Notes under the pieces: model-generated
The model's database searches: none
What the model saw: the letters and a program-made list of their open reading frames with translations, nothing else
What the model was told of the DNA's origin: nothing
From: Scyliorhinus canicula
Taxonomy: Eukaryota
Reading direction: 5' to 3'
Assembly (NCBI RefSeq): GCF_902713615.1
Contig: NC_052146.1
Location: forward strand, 69,583,238 to 69,647,237
Length of the DNA: 64,000 nt
Shown here: positions 59,171-64,000 of the stretch, piece after piece
Position numbering within the stretch: the first letter of the stretch is position 1
How the letters are laid out: each line of letters opens with the position of its first letter
Program-made: the position numbers and the translations under genes

Positions 59171-61153
59171 GAGCAAAGCGGCTGTGGCTGTGATTGTAAA
59201 CCCACCATGTGTCATCTCAGCACTATTTCTCAGTATTTATTCACTATTGTCTGGTTATGTCCTTCAGATTGAACTTCCTATTCCTGTCAATTAACATGTC
59301 AGAAAGTATGGGCATCTTCTTTGCTTAATCCCAGTAACGGTGCAATGGGCACTAACGCTGTTCGTTCTGTTTTTTTTAAATATTCTAATCTCCAGTGATT
59401 CGAAGATGACGCCTATTGGTTTCATGCAATTATTCAACTTTATTCAGAACAAGCAAGATTTTACTCATTACAGTATTTCAAAAAACGTTTCAAAGGTGTG
59501 ATTGAGAATGATATCACCTCGTTTATGCATCAGCTAAAAGCCGTATCTAAATCACGCCCCCCTCCCCCCACGCGCCCCATTACGTTCTCTACAAAAACAA
59601 TAATTGATCAACTTCAAATGAGCTGTGACCACAAAGATTGAGAGATTTTACAAATCCCAATCTGTGGTTGCATTATAGTTATTTCATCTCCACCTATAAT
59701 TAGCCCCTAGTATCTGCGTTCGATTTTATTTTCATCCACTTGGCTGAATAACCCAACGTGCGTTGGGGCAGTGAACAATTTTGTTTCCAAGCAGTGTTTG
59801 GGAGTTCGGTTGGAATAGATTTTCCTTCGGTCCACCAACCGTGCCGCTGTGGAGCAGATTTGACTGAACCACAAGCTGTCGCCCGAATAACTTTCATGTG
59901 AGGTGATGCTGGTTAACATAAAGGCAGCGTAAACAACAGAAAAACAAAACAAATCGAGTATAAGATGAAGCGAAAGAGAATAAAAATCGTGGAAGTGATC
60001 TCGCTCCATTATGCCCTGGACGATTTGCTACATTGCTCAGCGAAGGACGCAACCGATCAGGGGAAACTTCACTGCACGAAATATGGAGGTCACGTGTTCG
60101 GCGTGTATCTATTGCAGGAGGAGAAATCCAGACAGGATTCCTCCTCTCCCCACATCTAAGAAATTAATGAGGAGTGTTTTCGCTTCTAGGTGCGATATAT
60201 GGTTTAACATGGTTTGCAACATTTTATATAGATACATCATTAGCATTGACATATTACAACATTAAAAGGCTGGACGCGATAAACAGAAAATGTAATTAAT
60301 TTTCTGACTTTACAATTGTTTCCATCACATATTTCCCATTGATGATTCCAACGAGATAGCAACTACGAAATAACCGATATTTGGCATTGCTCAACATATT
60401 CAACATTAGGAAAAACACAACTATATTAATTTCAGTAATACATTACCAGAGCATTGTTTTCTCGGTTAACAGCAGAACAGCAAGCAATCGAAATACAAAA
60501 ATACAGTGTACATTTTATAATATTACCATTGCCAACTTTACGTTGTAAACACCAGAAAGATTCCAATGTTTTGGGGACATTACTAGATAGCCAAAATTCT
60601 TCGTTAGGAATAATTTTCCTGCTTTATCAAAGATCTTCATTGCTGCAGCACTGGGTTAATTTTCTGCCAGGCATCACTCGTGCATTACCCGTGATCTTGA
60701 TGTAGCTGCCAGTGGGTATCTCGGCATATTTGTATTAATTACACTAATCGTTCAATTTAACTTCCCCAACCCGTCGAAATAATGAAACCGGGGTGCGTGC
60801 GTCTTGATTTCTTTTTCCTAACTATTAAAATATAACTTCACACAGTCTCGCCATTAATCAGAAGACAGAATGTACAAAAACCCTCTAATTAATCCCGGAT
60901 TCACGGTACATTTTAATAAGATCTCGGACCAAATAAGACAAAGGCTTGGAATTTCCAGGAGTTTTCCTGAATGAGCTCGGTGGAGCTGCTGGAGAAATGA
61001 TGGTGGCTGCCAGGAATGTTTACAACGGAAACATTGTCCTCATTTCTGACACAGGCAAAAATGGCAAGTAGCGAAAATTGATCAGTTAAGAATGTCAGAG
61101 AAAAAGCATTCCCCCTTGAATCTGAAGGGCGTTGGGCCGGGTGAATAGTCCTC

Positions 61154-61741
61154 TCACATCGCATTTCGAAAATGATCTTCTTTCGGTGCTCGAATTGCCT
61201 CCATCGAAAATTTTTCAAATCGTTTTAGAAATATTATGACAAATATCAGAAGAATGGCCTGAATGAGAATGAAAGCGAAGAGCCCGATCTGGCATATCAA
61301 AGCCATGTCACAATACCAATCCTTGCAATTTGAGCCAATCTCGTCCTCCGTTAGATATACGATCAGCCTCCCCTGGAGCTCCACTGGCGACGCGCACCTT
61401 ATGTTCTTATACTGGGATCGGTCTTCCTGTTTGAGAAGCCAGGATCTCAGGTACAAAATGTTACAATCACAGGTCCACGGGTTATCGCCCAATGTAACTG
61501 ATCTCAGATTTTGCAGGCTGTCAAAGAAGCCATTGGGGATGGAAGATAGTGCGTTGTTGTTCAATTTTATCTCAGTGGTGGTGGTCGCAATGTGCGTGGG
61601 CAATGTGCCCCCATTCAGCCCATTGTTGCTGCAGTCCAGAATCGTCCCGGAACAGCTACACTCTGACGGGCATTGGGAAGTCGCCACTTGGATCAACGAG
61701 AGAAACAGAAGGAAACATTCTCGATGTAGCAGCAGTGACAT
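61154..61741 (-). CDS. GP1BB: Platelet/thrombocyte glycoprotein Ib beta chain orthologue
   Basis: Signal peptide, LRRNT (CPSECSCSGTILDC), a single LRR, LRRCT (NPWTCDC..RCASP..LQGRLIVYLTEDEI..C), a juxtamembrane Cys, a TM helix and a short basic tail. Recalled motif spacing fits GP1BB better than GP9. Confidence 0.85.
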   Translation of the reverse strand: MSLLLHRECFLLFLSLIQVATSQCPSECSCSGTILDCSNNGLNGGTLPTHIATTTTEIKLNNNALSSIPNGFFDSLQNLRSVTLGDNPWTCDCNILYLRSWLLKQEDRSQYKNIRCASPVELQGRLIVYLTEDEIGSNCKDWYCDMALICQIGLFAFILIQAILLIFVIIFLKRFEKFSMEAIRAPKEDHFRNAM

Positions 61742-62289
61742 CGTCTGTAATAAAATTCGCGGGTTAGCTCAAAATATAAATTATGAGATAGAAAAAAAAC
61801 TCCAAATATTACGGCTGTATTACTTTGAATATGTTAATTTGTTTTACCACCTTTTAATTTCACAGGAAATATGATGAACTTCATATATACAAGAAGAATT
61901 TGCTTCATCCAACACTTTATTCCACTTTTATATCCCCATGGCAATCATGTTTGCCCATTGGTATTTTTTTCAAACCTGCCATAAAATATCACAGACTAGA
62001 TGGGCCAAACGTCACGTATGATCGCACTTTTACATTAAATGCCTCAATTGCATTTCAGTACCTTTCAATCGATATACATATCACCTCCCACCATAACGCT
62101 CCTTGCAGATCCGAAATAATCATTGAACTCTTTAAGAAGATCCTATAAATCATAGAATTTACAGTGCAAAAGGAGACCATTCGGCCCATCGAGTCTGCAC
62201 CGGCTCTTGGAAAGAGCACCTTACCCAAGGTCAACAGCTCCACCCTATCCCAATAACCCAGTAACCCCACCCAGGACGTTTTGATGAAA

Positions 62290-62556
62290 AAAGGTGCAGA
62301 CGTGATTGGAGACAGCGAGACCCCACTGGTGGGGCTGGTGGATGGATCCACGGAATAGAGGTGGGCCGTAAAGAAGGGAGCAGTTGGAGCAGGAGAATCT
62401 TTGTGTGCCACAGGTCAAGATGGCGGAGGGTAAAAGGCCTGTTCTGCCTGCCCGGTGGTCGATGGAGCAACTGGTGGACTTCTTGAATGAGAAGTTCAAC
62501 CAGCAGAGGAGGGAGGCCCAGGAGGACCGAGCTAAGGTGGTGGAACCACTAAAAGT
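62290..62556 (+). mobile_element. Probable L1-type 5'/ORF1 start fragment
   Basis: AAGATGGCGG start, reading MAEGKRPVLP..EQLVDFLNEKF..VVEPLK, comparable to the ORF1 start at 33061; truncated. Confidence 0.45.
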
Positions 62557-62564
62557 GTAAATTA

Positions 62565-63134
62565 GGGGCAGCACGGTAGCATGGTGGTTAGCATAAATGC
62601 TTCACAGCTCCAGGGTCCCAGGTTCGATTCCCGGCTGGGTCACTATCTGTGCGGAGTCTGCATGTCCTCCCCGTGTGTGCGTGCGTTTCCCCCGGGTGCT
62701 CCGGTTTCCTCCCACAGTCCAAAGATGTGCGGGTTAGGTGGATTGGCAATGCTAAATTGCCCGTAGTGTCCTAAAAAAAAGTAAAGTTAAGGGGGGGGGG
62801 GGGGGGGGGGTTGTGTTACGGTATAGGGTGGATACGTGGGTTTGAGTAGGGTGATCATTTCTCGGCACAACATCGAGGGCCGAAGGGCCTGTTCTGTGCT
62901 GTACTGTTCTATAACACTAAGGGCAATTTTGGACACCAAGGGCAATTTATCATGGCCAATCCACCTAACCTGCACATCTTTGGACTGTGTGAGGAAACCG
63001 AAGCACCCGAAGGAAACCCACGCCCACATGGGGAGGATGTGCAGACTCCACACAGACAGTGACCCAAGCCGGAATCAAACCTGGGACCCTGCAGCTGTGA
63101 AGCCATTGTGCTACACAATGCTACCGTGCTGCCC
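62565..63134. mobile_element. Two abutting V-SINEs in inverted orientation (+62565-62912, -62914-63134)
   Basis: The core of the second copy is the reverse complement of the first. Confidence 0.9.
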
Positions 63135-63433
63135 TATTTGTGCTTCACTTCGACCAGCCTACTGACCAATTGTATTTTTAACTCGACTACCTGGCAGAGG
63201 AGATAATTCCAATTGTTTATCTCTCCTTCGAGAAAAGGTTTACTCAAAAAAATTGCTTTAACATTTGTATGACAAATTGTGACAAATCACATAAAGTCGA
63301 TGCACCTGGCCAAAGTTAAACAGGCATCACCCATAGGTAACACCACAAAATGTTTAAGTGTGATTCATTTTCACATTTGCAAAGAAAGTAAGTCCTATCA
63401 AATCTTATTTTCTTTTTCTTTATAAATTTAGAC

Positions 63434-64000
63434 TACCCAATTATTTTTTTCGAATTAAAGGGCAATTTAGCTTGGCCAATCCACCTAACCTGCATATCTT
63501 TGGGTTGTCGGGGTGAAACCCACTCAGACATGGCAAGAACATGCAAACTGCACATGGACAGTAGCCAGGGTCGGGATCGAACCTGGGTCCTCAGCGCGTA
63601 GGCAGCATCAAAACATATATTTTGCCCTGGCGTGGCGGCGAGACCTGTTGGAATTCTTGACTCTTGAGAAGGTTAAGTTTGAACTGAGGGCAAGGATAGG
63701 AGGTTTCTACAATTCGTGGGCATTATTCATTATGCACTTTCAAGAACTGGATAACATCGAACATTAGTTGGGGCGTGTGGGTGGGAGGGTTGGGGGGAGG
63801 GGGCGATGGGTGTTAATGGTGGCTTGGGGTGATTCCGGATTCCTTTTTATCATTTGTTTATGTGAACATGTAGGCAAATGTTTGGGGTTTGGTGGGAGGA
63901 TGGGATCGTTGTTATTGATATGGGGATTGACTTATTTGTTACTGATTATTGTTTATTGTTGGTGGGTGTAAATTTGGGAGAAAATGTGAAAAAGGAGGAG
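63434..64000. mobile_element. Minus-strand V-SINE fragment (63434-63600) followed by a plus-strand L1-type 3' end
   Basis: SINE core, then EFLTLEKVKFELR, similar to 38150-38250 and 41690-41780. Confidence 0.7.

Noticed and set aside
61263-61874. 203-aa plus-strand ORF
   Set aside because: It is an antisense shadow of the GP1BB exon with no recognisable domain.
61750-64000. SEPT5 exons, expected upstream of GP1BB from human synteny
   Set aside because: No septin-like coding sequence is recognisable here; it may lie beyond the window.

Overview
Eukaryotic DNA from a cartilaginous fish, probably a catshark-like shark. This is inferred from the immunoglobulin organisation and the SINE/LINE families. 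The host genes are two divergently oriented lambda-like (type II) Ig light-chain clusters, both with germline-joined VJ and no RSS, plus a platelet glycoprotein Ib beta (GP1BB) orthologue. Cluster 1 (minus strand; L 19047-18999, VJ 18851-18501, C 12377-12055) splices to an intact 240-aa chain. Cluster 2 (plus strand; L 45264-45311, VJ 45451-45781, C 50124-50444) is a pseudogene with four lesions. GP1BB lies at 61154-61741 on the minus strand. Most of the rest is transposons: CR1 and L1-type LINEs nested three deep, Penelope elements, V-SINEs, a second SINE family and a solo LTR. There are three large tandem arrays. The most interesting signals are: a near-identical 198-bp core shared by the two otherwise diverged C exons, consistent with gene conversion; a 131-bp octamer+CCAAT monomer array in the 5' UTR of a CR1 LINE; tight IgL-GP1BB linkage echoing human 22q11; and a Penelope insertion that captured the light-chain poly(A) region between inverted hammerhead-like arms. 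Most ORF-track entries are artefacts of repeats or broken transposon frames.
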